43,696 nt of DNA from a virus (Duplodnaviria > Heunggongvirae > Uroviricota > Caudoviricetes), in the IMG/VR virus record IMGVR_UViG_2870490042_000005. The stretch is one strand, 5' to 3'. The translations under genes and the position numbers were made by a program. Positions 1 to 10,659 of this stretch are shown one piece after another (the first letter of the stretch is position 1; the number at the start of each line of letters is the position of its first letter). The notes beneath the pieces are model-generated. The model saw only the letters and a program-made list of their open reading frames with translations. It did not search any database and had not been told where the DNA came from.

Positions 1-20
1 TGCAATTAATAAAATGATTA

Positions 21-48
21 TAGCGGCCTTACATTAGTAAGGCCGCTA
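21..48. terminator. Perfect hairpin (agcggcctta / taaggccgct) in ORF-free leader at left edge of window
   Basis: Inverted repeat read directly from sequence; weak T-run only on minus strand; function not established. Confidence 0.3.
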
Positions 49-252
49 CTCACTATTAAATCCTTTAATTTGCAACAAGAACAGCAGTGTCAGCCCTAGG
101 TTTCGGACTTTGTACCGCTTATCTTGTCTTCAAAATCAGCTCGCATCCTGCACAGTTCAGCGCATTACGTTGTAGATCTGTGTTCTGGTCATTTGTTGAT
201 ACGCGAACATAGCCAATAAGCATGATAGCTCCTCCTGACAAAAACAGGAACG

Positions 253-759
253 ATGCCATTTGCGCGCTATTTCTGCATTTTCATAAACGTTGGTTTGGGC
301 GAAACGATAAATAAAGCCTCCGGAGCTATGCAGAAATCGGCTAATGGAGCTGATATTTCTGATGTATCAGCCTTCCGAAATGCGCTCCAGTTAGGGACCG
401 CCGCAACACGAGATGTTGGAGCAGATAATGCCTCGAAGTTACTGGGTTTAGACAGCTTCAGGTCAATGATGTCAGGGAATGGCTACATCTACATTCCATG
501 CATTGCGACGACAGGAAACCCGGTGAAACTTATGTTGCAGTGGGGAATGGTGGCAACACAAAAGGGAGCTGATGCTGGATATGCCTTACCATTTGCTTTT
601 CCCTATGCAGGCTTATTTGCGACCGGAAACCGTGGAACATCTGGCTACAATGCCGCGATGAATGTGCGTATTGCCAGCAGAACGCATATCAGTATTCAGA
701 ACTGGTCGCCATCCGGAGAGGGCACCGAAGATTGTTGTTTTATCGCGCTGGGGTATTAA
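253..759 (+). CDS. Orphan alternative side-tail-fibre C-terminal segment, inverted relative to stf
   Basis: Shares LQLG-x-AA-x-RDVG motif and C-terminal ...IALGY ending with the stf distal end (…EAIGY); frame closed by stop at 226..228 so no long upstream ORF; first ~17 aa look non-native. Confidence 0.5.
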   Translation: MPFARYFCIFINVGLGETINKASGAMQKSANGADISDVSAFRNALQLGTAATRDVGADNASKLLGLDSFRSMMSGNGYIYIPCIATTGNPVKLMLQWGMVATQKGADAGYALPFAFPYAGLFATGNRGTSGYNAAMNVRIASRTHISIQNWSPSGEGTEDCCFIALGY

Positions 760-761
760 GA

Positions 762-1172
762 ATGAATAAATTTTATAAAGGCTCTTTCTATCCGAAAGCA
801 CTAAAAGAGGTATATATCAGCGCCGGTTCATGGCCTGAAAATGGCGTTGATGTTGATGATGAAACAATGGCAATTTACACAGGCGTAGCGCCACAAGGCA
901 AAACGCTGGGGGCTGATAAAAATGGTAATCCTGCGTGGATTGATATCCCGCCACTCTCCGCTGAACAACAGATTATTCAGGCTGAACAGAAAAGAACGGT
1001 ATTGCGTTCTATGGCTGATAAGGAAATAGCCTGGAGACAGGATGCTTTTGATGCGGAAATCGCGACGGCAGAAGAAACCGCCGCGTTATCTGAATGGAAA
1101 AAATACCGGGTCTTGCTGATGCGCGTTGATACAGCAAAACCCGTATGGCCTGTCAATCCGCAGGATATTTAA
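762..1172 (+). CDS. tfa: Tail fibre assembly protein (Tfa family)
   Basis: C-terminus EIATAEETAALSEWKKYRVLLMRVDT resembles lambda Tfa C-terminal conserved region; ATG at 762 immediately after the fibre-tip stop. Confidence 0.7.
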   Translation: MNKFYKGSFYPKALKEVYISAGSWPENGVDVDDETMAIYTGVAPQGKTLGADKNGNPAWIDIPPLSAEQQIIQAEQKRTVLRSMADKEIAWRQDAFDAEIATAEETAALSEWKKYRVLLMRVDTAKPVWPVNPQDI

Positions 1173-1386
1173 CGGGGGCGTTGTAGGTGGTGACATATTC
1201 AAGCAGTTCTGTTGGATATGTCACCGTTGCTGCATCTCGCTCTACGTTAAATGTATCCGCTCCCCAGATAACACACTCCCTCAAAAATGCCTCCACCTCT
1301 GGCGAGACTTCAACCGCATCATCAGGTCGCTCTTGTTCAGAAACATAAAAACCAACGGTCGTTGGGCTGAAATACATATTCTCCAT
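1153..1386 (-). CDS. Tail fibre assembly protein, truncated N-terminal fragment (77 aa)
   Basis: ATG 5 nt after stf stop (1389..1391); converges on and overlaps the 3' end of the plus-strand tfa; much shorter than typical Tfa (~190 aa). Confidence 0.4.
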   Translation of the reverse strand: MENMYFSPTTVGFYVSEQERPDDAVEVSPEVEAFLRECVIWGADTFNVERDAATVTYPTELLEYVTTYNAPVKYPAD

Positions 1387-1388
1387 AT

Positions 1389-1624
1389 TTAGTATCCTAT
1401 TGCTTCAAAATGCAAAGTCGGAATTTCGCCGAGATTGGGTGTCGTATACGACACAGTGAATCGCGTTCTTGATACGTCAGTGCCAGAATCAGTATCGCGA
1501 TGCGTTGCCAGTGATTTCCCAGCCATTGATGACTGGGTCGAAAAGCTGTAACTCGCTAGTGTTGCCAGCGTTGCTATTTGTGCATTTGGGAATTGTCTGG
1601 GGAAATTAACCCTGTAGTAATGGG
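1389..1624 (-). pseudogene. stf: Distal 3' part of stf, separated from the rest of the gene by IS629
   Basis: Removing IS plus one copy of GGG restores an open frame continuing …GGVLYYT-HYYRVNFPRQ… to stop TAA at 1389..1391, ending …HFEAIGY. Confidence 0.7.
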
Positions 1625-1666
1625 TGAACCGCCCCGGGTTTCCTGGAGAGTGTTTTATCTGTGAAC

Positions 1667-2557
1667 TCAGGCTGCCAGATCATCGTTTCCGATGGAAGCA
1701 TAATAAGCTTTTTCTGCTTCTGCCGGAGGAGTATGGCCCAGCCTTTCCAGCAATCGTCGATTGTTATACCAGTCCACCCACGTGAGTGTGGCCAGTTCCA
1801 CTTCTGCACGGTTTTTCCAGCTCTTACGGTGTATTACCTCCGCTTTGTAAAGACCATTGATGCTCTCCGCCATCGCGTTGTCATACGAGTCGCCTGTACT
1901 TCCTGTTGATGCCAGTAATCCGGCTTCCTTAAGCCGCTGTGTGTAGGCCAGCGATACATACTGAGAACCTTTATCACTGTGATGGACCGTGCCGGACGGT
2001 CGACGGGCCCATAACGCCTGCTCCAGTGCATCCAGCACGAATGTCGTTTCCATGGACGATGAGACCCGCCACCCCACGATGTATCCGGCAAACACATCAA
2101 TGATGAACGCCACATAGACGAAGCCCCGCCATGTGCTGACGTAAGTAAAATCAGCCACCCACAGCTGGTCAGGTCGTTCTGCCACGAACTGACGGTTTAC
2201 GCGGTCGCCTGCGGCAACGGCTTTCCGGCTGATGGTCGTACGGACCTTTTTACCCCGGAGAACACCGGCAAGTCCCATAACCGCCATGAGACGTGCCACA
2301 GTGCATCTGGCCACTCTGATACCTTCCCGTAACAACTGACGCCAGACTTTACGCACACCGTATACCTTGTGATTTTCATCGTATACGCGCTGTATCTCTT
2401 TCTTCAGCCAGTCATCGCGCTGCGCACGGGCACTGCGTTTATCCGGATGATGTCGCTGTTGCTGACAGTGGTAATACGTTGACGGGGCAATATGCAGTTC
2501 GCTGCATAGCGGTCCGACCCCGTACTGCTCACGCAGCTTATCCAGCAGTGGCATCAT
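1667..2557 (-). CDS. IS3-family transposase OrfB (DDE integrase domain)
   Basis: 296-aa ORF with IS3-family OrfB-like sequence (…WVADFTYV…HSDKGSQY…); overlaps orfA end as expected for -1 frameshift fusion. Confidence 0.9.
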   Translation of the reverse strand: MMPLLDKLREQYGVGPLCSELHIAPSTYYHCQQQRHHPDKRSARAQRDDWLKKEIQRVYDENHKVYGVRKVWRQLLREGIRVARCTVARLMAVMGLAGVLRGKKVRTTISRKAVAAGDRVNRQFVAERPDQLWVADFTYVSTWRGFVYVAFIIDVFAGYIVGWRVSSSMETTFVLDALEQALWARRPSGTVHHSDKGSQYVSLAYTQRLKEAGLLASTGSTGDSYDNAMAESINGLYKAEVIHRKSWKNRAEVELATLTWVDWYNNRRLLERLGHTPPAEAEKAYYASIGNDDLAA

Positions 2558-2880
2558 TTTTTCCAGAGGCGGTCGAACTCCGCCTTCGCAAAATAAGCGG
2601 AAGCCTGGCGAAGGATATCGTTACTGCGGCGCAGTTCACGATTTTCACGTTCCAGCTCTTTCAGACGCTGACGTTCAGCGGTGGTGAGCCCTCCATCACC
2701 GCCCCCGGTATCCCGCTCATGCTGGCGAACCCAGACACGCAGAGTCTCCGGCGTACAGCCAATCTTTGGAGCAATGGAACAAATTGTCGCCCATTGTGAG
2801 TCATATTCGCTCTGACTTTCCAGAACCATACGGACTGCCCGTTGACGGACTTCGGGGGAAAAACGAGTATTTTTAGTCAT
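2554..2880 (-). CDS. IS3-family transposase OrfA (HTH)
   Basis: 108-aa [22 protein letters not shown]… matching IS629/IS1203-type OrfA from memory. Confidence 0.9.
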   Translation of the reverse strand: MTKNTRFSPEVRQRAVRMVLESQSEYDSQWATICSIAPKIGCTPETLRVWVRQHERDTGGGDGGLTTAERQRLKELERENRELRRSNDILRQASAYFAKAEFDRLWKK

Positions 2881-2934
2881 CCTGTTTACCTCTTTCTCAG
2901 GAAGTTTAGTCTCCAGGATTCCCGGGGCGGTTCA

Positions 2935-5695
2935 GGGTGTAGTACAGCACTCCACCAAGAGTAATTGCGTTGAAATTACCAACAGGCGTCAGTGTCACAG
3001 TACCAACCTGTCGAATCATACCATTTGGGAGAATATCCCAGGCAGTTTGTCCGTTTCGCGACATACCAAATGCGGACATGTCCGGGAGTTGATTATTACC
3101 GGTTCCGACATCCCGTTTTGCCGCTTCTCCCAATTGAAGGTATGCGAGAAGACCAGCTACATCCTTTCCACTCAAATTAGTCAGCGTATTGTCCAGCGGT
3201 TGTTTGCCCGCCAGTGCGCTCTGTACTTCGCTTTTGCTGTAGGCATCCAGATCTTTAGGCGTAAGCGTAATATCCTTCGTGCCGTCAAACGGAACGCCGT
3301 TGATATTCCGTGCAGTCTGTAGTTTTGTGGCAGTTGCAGCATTACCAGTGGTGTTCTGATTACCCGTAGTGTTTACACCTGGAAGGTTAATATTTGCAGA
3401 ACCGTCGAAAACAACTCCACCGATAGATCTTGCCGTCTGCAATTTCGTGGCTGTACTTGCATTACCATTCAATGAACCAGTTAATCCACCTGTAACAGAC
3501 AACGGACCTGAAACTGTTCCTCCGGTTGTTGGCAGTGCTCCAATATCTAACGGCGTCGGTTTCTGATGTGTGCTATACATCGTATAAACAACACCATAGG
3601 TAACGCTGGAAGGCTTACTCGCTGAATATGTTGGCGAGGTATAAACAGAAACTGACGCATTTGCAGTACAATCCCAATGGATATTTACACTCGTCGCATA
3701 ATTGCCAATCTCAACGTAAATATCATATGTATCGCCGGATGTGTTGATCCAGGCGAAATTCGTTAATCCGACGGCTGTACGCTTCCACAAAGCCCCGGTA
3801 ATTCCTTTGGGGTTTCCATTGCCTGCTCGTAGAACCAGTTCTGAAATGCCTGCCTGATGTGGGGAACCGACGTTGTAACCAGCGCCACCAATCAATGCGA
3901 TGTAAACGATGGAACTCGCCTGTGGCATGGTTACCGTTGCTAATTTGAACCAACCAGCACCACCGCTGAATGACATTGTTGTTGAGTTAAGCGTACCAAT
4001 ATCTTTCGGCGTCAGTGTTATATCCGCTGAAAGCGCCTTACCATTCACCTTACGGGCAGAAGGTACCCGACCATTCGCATTATCATTAGCTGCTTTCACT
4101 GCTTTCGGTGTCGCGGCAAGCGTTTCAGATGCGCTGTTGGTTGCACTACTGAGCTGGACAATTCCTTTTTGTGCTGTCGTAGCGTCCTGTGCGGTGTATT
4201 TCCCGTTAGCCAGGTCATACGCGGCCTTAACGGCTTTTGGCGTTGCCGCCTGTGACTCGGAAGTGCTGTTGGTCGCACTGCTGAGCTGTACTACCCCCTT
4301 TTTCGTCGTGCTCGCATCCTCAAGCGCCACAGCGGATGCAATATCCTCTGCCCGTTTTGCTGCTGTCTCGGCGCGCGTTGCCGCGGATTCCGCCGTACTT
4401 TTGCTCTGAGCTGCCGCCGTCGCACTGCCAGCTGCCTCTGTCGCCTTCGTGGATGCCGTCGTGGCGCTGCCCTTCGCTGCTGACGCTTGTCTGGTCGCCT
4501 CATCTTTTGAAGCAGACGCCGATGATGCCGATGACGCCGCCGAACTGGCGGACGATGCGGCAGCCGTTTTTGAGGATTCTGCACGGGTTTCCGACGCTTT
4601 CGCGTTCGTTTCGGATGTCTTCGCTGCGGAAGCTGACCTCGCTGCTGCGCTGGCCTGTTCAGTGGCTTCGCCAGCCTTCGTTGTGGCTGTTGAAGCAGAC
4701 GATGCGGCACTTTCTGCCGACTTTCCGGCAGCGGTGGCACTGGCTGAGGCCTGCCCGGCACTTGTTGATGCGGCACTGGCAGATGATGCAGCCGCTGTTT
4801 TTGAGCCTGCCGCAGCTGAGGCACTCTGTCCCGCTGCCGTTTCAGAAGACCTGGCGTTCGTCTCGGACGTTTTTGCCGCCTTCGCGGAATTTCCTGCCGC
4901 CGTTGCCGAGGAAGCGGCACTACTGGCGCTTGATGATGCGTTCGTTTCTGATGATTTCGCTGCCTCTTTTGAGGCCGCCGCATCCCGGGCTGAGGTGGCA
5001 GCTTCTGACGCCTTTGTGGTCGCTGCGGATGCAGAAGTGGCTGCAGATTTTTGTGACGCTGCCGCATTCGTTTCTGACGTTTTCGCCGCACCGGCACTGG
5101 TAGCTGCCGCGCTTTTTGAGGACTCTGCAGCGGCAGCACTTTTTGAGGCTTCAGTGGCCTTTGTTGATGCCGTTCCTGCGCTGGAAGACGCTGACTGAGC
5201 CGACGTCGCGGCCTGCCCGGCTGATGTGCTGGCTGCGCGTGCTGAGCCTGCAGCATCAGTCGCATGGGTTGCCGCCTCACGGGCTGATGTGCTGGCATCA
5301 CTGGCTGACTTCTTCGCGGCTGCCGTGTTCTGTGCCACCACGGACGCGTTACGCGCCACCTCTTCCACCATCAGCTCAAAACGGCGCAGTGCCTCCGGAC
5401 GGGCATCATCCTCCGTCATGGCACCGAGAAAATCATTCAGCGTACCGGGTCGGGAATCTTCATACACGGTGATGGTCCCGGCATGTGACGGCGGGAATCC
5501 TTCCACCAACAGAATAACGCTGTACTGACCGTACTCAACGTCCATGCTGTAACGCCCGGCTTCATCCGGATTTTCAGATGCCAGCGTGTTCACCACCACC
5601 GTGGTACTGTTACGTTTTGCTTTCAGCTGGATTGTGCAGTTCTGTACCGGTTTTCCTGTGCCGTCTTTCAGTACACCTGAAATTTTTACTGCCAT
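2935..5695 (-). pseudogene. stf: Side tail fibre protein Stf, proximal part, interrupted at 3' end by IS629
   Basis: Starts MAVKISGVLKDGTGKPVQNCTIQLKA (ATG at 5695; ORF track start is an upstream GTG); long Ala/Ser-rich repeat region; ORF runs into the IS end giving an artificial C-terminus …LNRPGNPGD. Confidence 0.85.
4050..4310 (-). repeat. Tandem ~117-bp (39-aa) repeat inside stf
   Basis: Protein repeats KGVVQLSSATNSTSESQAATPKAVKAAYDLANG / KGIVQLSSATNSASETLAATPKAVKAANDNANG; coordinates approximate. Confidence 0.5.
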
Positions 5696-5703
5696 ATTCA
5701 CCC

Positions 5704-5733
5704 CACAAAAAAGCCCGCCTGAAACGGCGGGCT
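5704..5733 (-). terminator. Rho-independent terminator between lom and stf
   Basis: Stem agcccgcc/ggcgggct with run of six T on the minus strand. Confidence 0.6.
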
Positions 5734-5759
5734 GTCATAACACTGTGTTACCTGGCTAA

Positions 5760-6359
5760 TCAGAATTTATAACCGACACCCACGATGAAACCGTCAGTGC
5801 GCCAGTCGCCACTGCCGGAACCTTCATAAGCGACATCAATGGCCACGGACTCGGTCGGGTTAAACTGCACGCCAGCCCCCCACGCCAGAGACGTGTTGCT
5901 GTGGCGACCGTCATCACTTCCGGTCAGCACATCGTGCGTTTTCCCCTTATTGTCAGTTACGCGGATATAATCCCCGGAGAAAGTCGACACACGGCTGTAA
6001 GCTACACCCGCCATCGCATACGCGCTGAACCATTCATTCACGCGCACAGACGGCCCCGCCATTACGCTGAACCAGCGGTTACGAACGGAATCTTCATGCC
6101 AGCGGGTATCGCTGTAACGGGTCAGCTGGCGATTCTTGTCTCCTGCATAGCTGAATGACGTCACCAGCCCCAGTGTGTCCGTAAACTCATAACGGTATTT
6201 CACGTTAATCCCGTTCAGATCATCACTGCCGGGGACGTTCGTCGAGGCATGAAGATACCCCGCGCTCAGCGTGGACTGATGTTCAGACGCCCATGCAGGC
6301 GCACCGGATACGGCCAGACAAATGGCTGCGGACAAAATTGCTGCACAAACTTTACGCAT
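5760..6359 (-). CDS. lom: Outer membrane protein Lom (Ail/PagC/Lom family)
   Basis: 199 aa with signal peptide; matches lambda Lom from memory; ends …VGVGYKF. Confidence 0.9.
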   Translation of the reverse strand: MRKVCAAILSAAICLAVSGAPAWASEHQSTLSAGYLHASTNVPGSDDLNGINVKYRYEFTDTLGLVTSFSYAGDKNRQLTRYSDTRWHEDSVRNRWFSVMAGPSVRVNEWFSAYAMAGVAYSRVSTFSGDYIRVTDNKGKTHDVLTGSDDGRHSNTSLAWGAGVQFNPTESVAIDVAYEGSGSGDWRTDGFIVGVGYKF

Positions 6360-6381
6360 AATTACCTCTCGCTTTTCTGCA

Positions 6382-6407
6382 ATAAAAAAGGCGTCATTCC
6401 TGACGCC
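6382..6407 (-). terminator. Rho-independent terminator downstream of J
   Basis: Stem ggcgtca/tgacgcc followed by T-run on minus strand. Confidence 0.5.
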
Positions 6408-6429
6408 CTTTATTGGGGTTATAAATATT

Positions 6430-9400
6430 TCAACGAATACTGATGCCGGAAGCGGCTTTTTTGGTCACAATCACCGTACAGTCGGTGATATTGCCTGCCC
6501 CCTGATTGCCTTTCTGGAAAATCTTAAACTCCAGAGTGACGCTTCCCCTGCCACTCGGCATATCAATAACTGCACTGTAACTACCGGGAATGGCCCCTTT
6601 AGTTTCTCTGGATGCGATTAATACGCCGTTTTTGCGAACTTCAAAACCATAACCCGTGTATCTTGTGCCTCCTGGGTTATTTCCGCTCCCCGGATCGTCA
6701 TACGCTATACCGTTAAAAATAATGGGCGGAATAATAATCTGGCGGTCAAAGTTATGATCATCGCTGATGGTGACTGTAACCGTACCGTTTGGTGTTTCCG
6801 TGTTACCCCACGTACCGACTTTTTTCGGGAAGGCTTTTGATACAGCTTTAACGAAATCTCCTCTGACCTGGGTCGCCTCCAGCATGCCCTTAATCGTACA
6901 GTTCTGGTTAATCGTGACATTGTTGAGCGTTCCTGAGTTCGCATTCACACTGCCACTGATATCCGCATTTTTCGCCGTCAGTCTCCCGTCTGATGTCAGG
7001 GAAAATGCCGGAGGATTACCGCCGCTGGTAATGGTGGGGGCCGTCAGGCGTTTCAGGAACACTTCATTCATGAATATCTGATCACCCTGACCAACAAACA
7101 TCGGCTTTGTGTTGCCATTCGCAGGATTAATCATCGCAATCCTGTCTGCCGCCAGCAGCACCTGACTCTGCATTCCTGCTGGCGTATTCTCAATACCGGC
7201 ACCGATACCCGCAATATAAAGGCGTCCGTCCTGCATCTGCTGCAGTTTCACGGCCCACATGCTGTTCAGGTTATTATTTGTATCAACCTGAACCTTCTGT
7301 ATCTGCTGGATCGCTGCACTCTGGTCTTCCAGTTTCTTATTGACGGTCTGTGTGATTTCATTGCTGACATCCGTAATGGATGTCCTGATTTCAGCCAGGT
7401 CAGGCGCAAGCTGGCCGTTATCAATCTGCGTCCACAGCTCCTGAGCCAGATGGGTTTTCCCTATCTCGCCTTTGAAAAAATCCAGATAGCCGGATGCGTC
7501 ATCACTCGGCTGACCAACAGCCTCCACGAATGCCGATTTGCCAACGGTGTTCACACTGCGGATATAAAAGTAATAATCATGGCCCGGTTTGATATTGATA
7601 CTGGCGGCTATCCAGTACAGCGCCGTGCCAAGATAGCGTGCTGTGGTTTCAACCTGCCTGATATCCGCAATCCGCTTTTCCGAGAACCAGAACTCAAACT
7701 GTACCGTCGGATCATAAACCGCAAGATGCGGCGTGGCGGTTATCTGAAAATAGCCCGGCGTCAGCTCAATCCGCGACGGCGCTGCCGGTGCGGCAATCCG
7801 GAACGATACCGACGCCGGATCGCCCTGCTGCCCCCACGCATTTACTGCCCGGACTGTCAGCCTGTAGTTCCCCAGCGCCAGTTGTGTGAAGCGGTAAGTG
7901 GTTTCCGTCGTCCGGGCCGTGCTGACCAGCCGCTCACTGCCGTCATCCGCTGCCACGGTCAGGCGAAGCATAAAGCTCACCCCCTTCACCACCTTCGGCG
8001 TGTCCCAGCGCGCCAGCACCTGATATTCCCCGCTGTCTGCGGTGACTTCGGCAGTCAGGTGCTGCACCGCTGGCGGCGTGACACCATTCACCGTGCCACT
8101 CTGTTCGCCGTCAAAGTGCGCCCCGTTATCCACGATGGCCTCTTTTTCCGGCACATGCTGCACGGCGGTGATGGCATACATGCCGTCGTCGTTTTCACGG
8201 ATACTCACACAGCGGAATAGTCGCTGGCGCAGCGTCGGCAGCTTCAGCCCCCATACGCTGTATTCAGCAACACCGTCAGGAACACGGCTCACTTTTACCT
8301 TCACGCCGTCGGTGACGGACTGGACCTCCACGCTGACCGGATTGCCACTTCCGTCAACCAGGCTTATCAGCGTGGTACCGGAGGATGGCAGCGTGATTTC
8401 ACGGTCGAGCGTCAGCGTCCGGGTCTGGCTGTTCACCGCCAGCACGCGCCCGCCGATGCTGATCCCCGCATAGTCATCATCGCAGATTTCAATAACATCA
8501 CCCGGCACATGGCGAAGCCCTTCGGCACCCACGCTGAAATCCACGGTCTGCGTTTCCAGCAGTTCTGTTTTAATCAGCCACAGCCCGGCGCGGTGTGCCT
8601 GCCCCCGGCTGGTACAGCCAAAGGCATCCATCTTCGTGACATTACGACCGTAACGGGCAATGGCCTGCGTATCTTCAACAAGCTCTGTTGCCGTCTCCCA
8701 GCCGTTGTCCGGGTCAATCCAGTTCACCTCAACGGCATTATGGCGGTCCTTCAGGGCGCTGAAGCTGTAGCGGAACGGCGCGCCATCATCCGGCATCACC
8801 ACATTACTGCGGTTATAGGTCCACACCTTATCCGACGGTCGGTCCTGCACGAACGTCAGCGTCTGCCCGTTCCATACCGGCATACAGCGCATCGCCGAGC
8901 AGAAATCACTGAGCACATCCCACGCCTTGCGCTGTGTGGTCAGGTACGCATTACAGGTGATGCGCGGCTCCGTGCTGCCAAAGCCGTCCGGCACTGACTG
9001 GTCGCAGTACTGGCCGATGACATACAGCGCCCATTTGTCCACATCCGCCGCACCAAGACGTTTTCCCATGCCGTAGCGCGGGTGGGTCAGCATATCCCAC
9101 AGACACCAGGCCATGTTGTTGCTGTATGCCGGTTTTAACGTTCCGTCCCAGATACCGCTGTATTGCCGCGTCTGCGGGTTATAGTTCGACGGCACCTGCA
9201 GAATGCGCCCGCGAAGATGATAATTACGACTCACCTGCTGGCTGCCGAACTGCTCCGAGTCCACCTGTACGCCGACCAGTGCCGTGTTCGGGTAGCACTG
9301 TTTCACATCGATGATTTCGGTGTATGACGACCAGAGCGTTTTGTTCTGCAGCTGGTCTGTGGTGCTGTCCGGCGTCATCCTGCGCATCCGGATGTTGAAC

Positions 9401-9927
9401 GGGCGCGGCGGCAGATTATCCACCACTACCGAGGCCAGATACTGCGAGGTGGTTTTGCCCTTAATGGTGATGTCTTTTTCCGTCACCCAGCCACCGTTAC
9501 GTTGTATCTGAACCAGCAGGCGAACTTCCGACGGATTCCTGTCCCCCTTTGAGGTGGTTTCCACCAGTGCCTGCACACCGAAGGTAAAGCGCAGACGGTC
9601 AATGTTTGCCGACGTGATGGTCCGGGTGATCGGCGTGTCATATTTCACTTCCGTACCCAGTACCGTCTCGGAACCTGATGATTCAAATCCCTCCGGCGGT
9701 GTCTGTTCCTGCTCACCTGCCCGGAACACCACCGTGACACCGGAGATATTGGTATTCCCCTCACTGTCCAGCACCGGTGTACTGTTCAGCAGCACGCTTT
9801 TTAATCCATCCACCGGACCTTCAACCGGCCCTTCGCTGATGGCATCGATCACACTCAGCAGCTGCGTGGACTTCAGGTTGTCCTTCGCTTCGCGCGGGGT
9901 ATGCCCCTTACTGCCGCCTTTACCCAT
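6430..9927 (-). CDS. J: Tail tip host-specificity protein J
   Basis: 1165 aa; N-terminus [24 protein letters not shown] and most of the body match lambda J; C-terminal ~150 aa appear divergent. Confidence 0.9.
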   Translation of the reverse strand: MGKGGSKGHTPREAKDNLKSTQLLSVIDAISEGPVEGPVDGLKSVLLNSTPVLDSEGNTNISGVTVVFRAGEQEQTPPEGFESSGSETVLGTEVKYDTPITRTITSANIDRLRFTFGVQALVETTSKGDRNPSEVRLLVQIQRNGGWVTEKDITIKGKTTSQYLASVVVDNLPPRPFNIRMRRMTPDSTTDQLQNKTLWSSYTEIIDVKQCYPNTALVGVQVDSEQFGSQQVSRNYHLRGRILQVPSNYNPQTRQYSGIWDGTLKPAYSNNMAWCLWDMLTHPRYGMGKRLGAADVDKWALYVIGQYCDQSVPDGFGSTEPRITCNAYLTTQRKAWDVLSDFCSAMRCMPVWNGQTLTFVQDRPSDKVWTYNRSNVVMPDDGAPFRYSFSALKDRHNAVEVNWIDPDNGWETATELVEDTQAIARYGRNVTKMDAFGCTSRGQAHRAGLWLIKTELLETQTVDFSVGAEGLRHVPGDVIEICDDDYAGISIGGRVLAVNSQTRTLTLDREITLPSSGTTLISLVDGSGNPVSVEVQSVTDGVKVKVSRVPDGVAEYSVWGLKLPTLRQRLFRCVSIRENDDGMYAITAVQHVPEKEAIVDNGAHFDGEQSGTVNGVTPPAVQHLTAEVTADSGEYQVLARWDTPKVVKGVSFMLRLTVAADDGSERLVSTARTTETTYRFTQLALGNYRLTVRAVNAWGQQGDPASVSFRIAAPAAPSRIELTPGYFQITATPHLAVYDPTVQFEFWFSEKRIADIRQVETTARYLGTALYWIAASINIKPGHDYYFYIRSVNTVGKSAFVEAVGQPSDDASGYLDFFKGEIGKTHLAQELWTQIDNGQLAPDLAEIRTSITDVSNEITQTVNKKLEDQSAAIQQIQKVQVDTNNNLNSMWAVKLQQMQDGRLYIAGIGAGIENTPAGMQSQVLLAADRIAMINPANGNTKPMFVGQGDQIFMNEVFLKRLTAPTITSGGNPPAFSLTSDGRLTAKNADISGSVNANSGTLNNVTINQNCTIKGMLEATQVRGDFVKAVSKAFPKKVGTWGNTETPNGTVTVTISDDHNFDRQIIIPPIIFNGIAYDDPGSGNNPGGTRYTGYGFEVRKNGVLIASRETKGAIPGSYSAVIDMPSGRGSVTLEFKIFQKGNQGAGNITDCTVIVTKKAASGISIR

Positions 9928-9987
9928 TCGTCATGCTCCATAAACGATAAAACCGCCCGGAGGCGGTTTCACATAAAACATTTTGCA

Positions 9988-10659
9988 TCAGCGACCAATC
10001 ACCACAACCTGACCACCATCCCCTTCGTCTGCCGTGCTGATCTCCTGAGAAACCACGCGTGACCCCACGCGCATTTCACCGTACAGAACCGGCAGAACAT
10101 TGCCCTGGGCAACCATGTTATCCAGTGAGGAGAAATAGGTGTTCTGTTTGCCGTTATCCGTTGTCTGTGTACGGGGAGTTCTGGCTTTCGGTGCCAGCAT
10201 CTGCGCCACACCACCGAGCACCATACTGGCACCGAGAGAAAACAGGATGCCGGTCATACCTCCGGCCCCAATGGCTGCCCCCCATGCTGCAAGGGTGGCT
10301 CCGGCGGTAAAGAATGATCCGGCAATGGCGGCAGCCCCCAGGACAATCTGGAATACGCCACCTGACTTGGCCCCGGCGACTCTGGGAACAATATGAATCA
10401 CAGCGCCATCAGGCAGAGTCTCATGTAACTGCGCCGTTAACCCGGACGTGCTGACGTCCCGCCCGGCAATCCGTACCTGATACCAGCCGTCGCTCAGTTT
10501 CTGACGAAACACCGGGAGCTGTGTGGCCAGTGCGCGGATGGCTTCAGCCCCCGTTTTCACACGAAGGTCGATGCGGCGGCCAAATCGTTGCAAATCCCCG
10601 TAAAGGCAGATGCGCGCCATGCCCGATGACGCCAGAGGGAGTGTGTGCGTCGCTGCCAT
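9988..10659 (-). CDS. I: Tail assembly protein I
   Basis: 223 aa, lambda I-like (MAATHTLPLAS…). Confidence 0.9.
   Translation of the reverse strand: MAATHTLPLASSGMARICLYGDLQRFGRRIDLRVKTGAEAIRALATQLPVFRQKLSDGWYQVRIAGRDVSTSGLTAQLHETLPDGAVIHIVPRVAGAKSGGVFQIVLGAAAIAGSFFTAGATLAAWGAAIGAGGMTGILFSLGASMVLGGVAQMLAPKARTPRTQTTDNGKQNTYFSSLDNMVAQGNVLPVLYGEMRVGSRVVSQEISTADEGDGGQVVVIGR

Larger units (their letters stand above)
1625..2934 (-). mobile_element. IS629-type insertion sequence (IS3 family), 1310 bp
   Basis: Imperfect terminal inverted repeats starting TGAACCGCCCCGGG at both ends; flanked by 3-bp direct repeat GGG (1622..1624 and 2935..2937); contains orfA/orfB. Confidence 0.85.

Noticed and set aside
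1126-1392. 88-aa plus-strand ORF overlapping the minus-strand tfa fragment
   Set aside because: The minus-strand frame is placed exactly after the stf stop; the plus frame has no RBS or homology.
4096-5528. Long ORFs antisense or out-of-frame within stf (4291..5301 minus, Arg/Pro/Gln-rich; 4336..5103, 4449..5198, 5116..5472, 5226..5528 plus)
   Set aside because: Artefacts of the Ala/Ser-rich repeat region of stf; no RBS, extreme composition, fully embedded in a gene with clear homology.
7450-9943. Plus-strand ORFs inside J (7450..8220, 8042..8473, 8509..8997, 9554..9943)
   Set aside because: Antisense to a well-supported J ORF; GC-rich sequence commonly yields open antisense frames.
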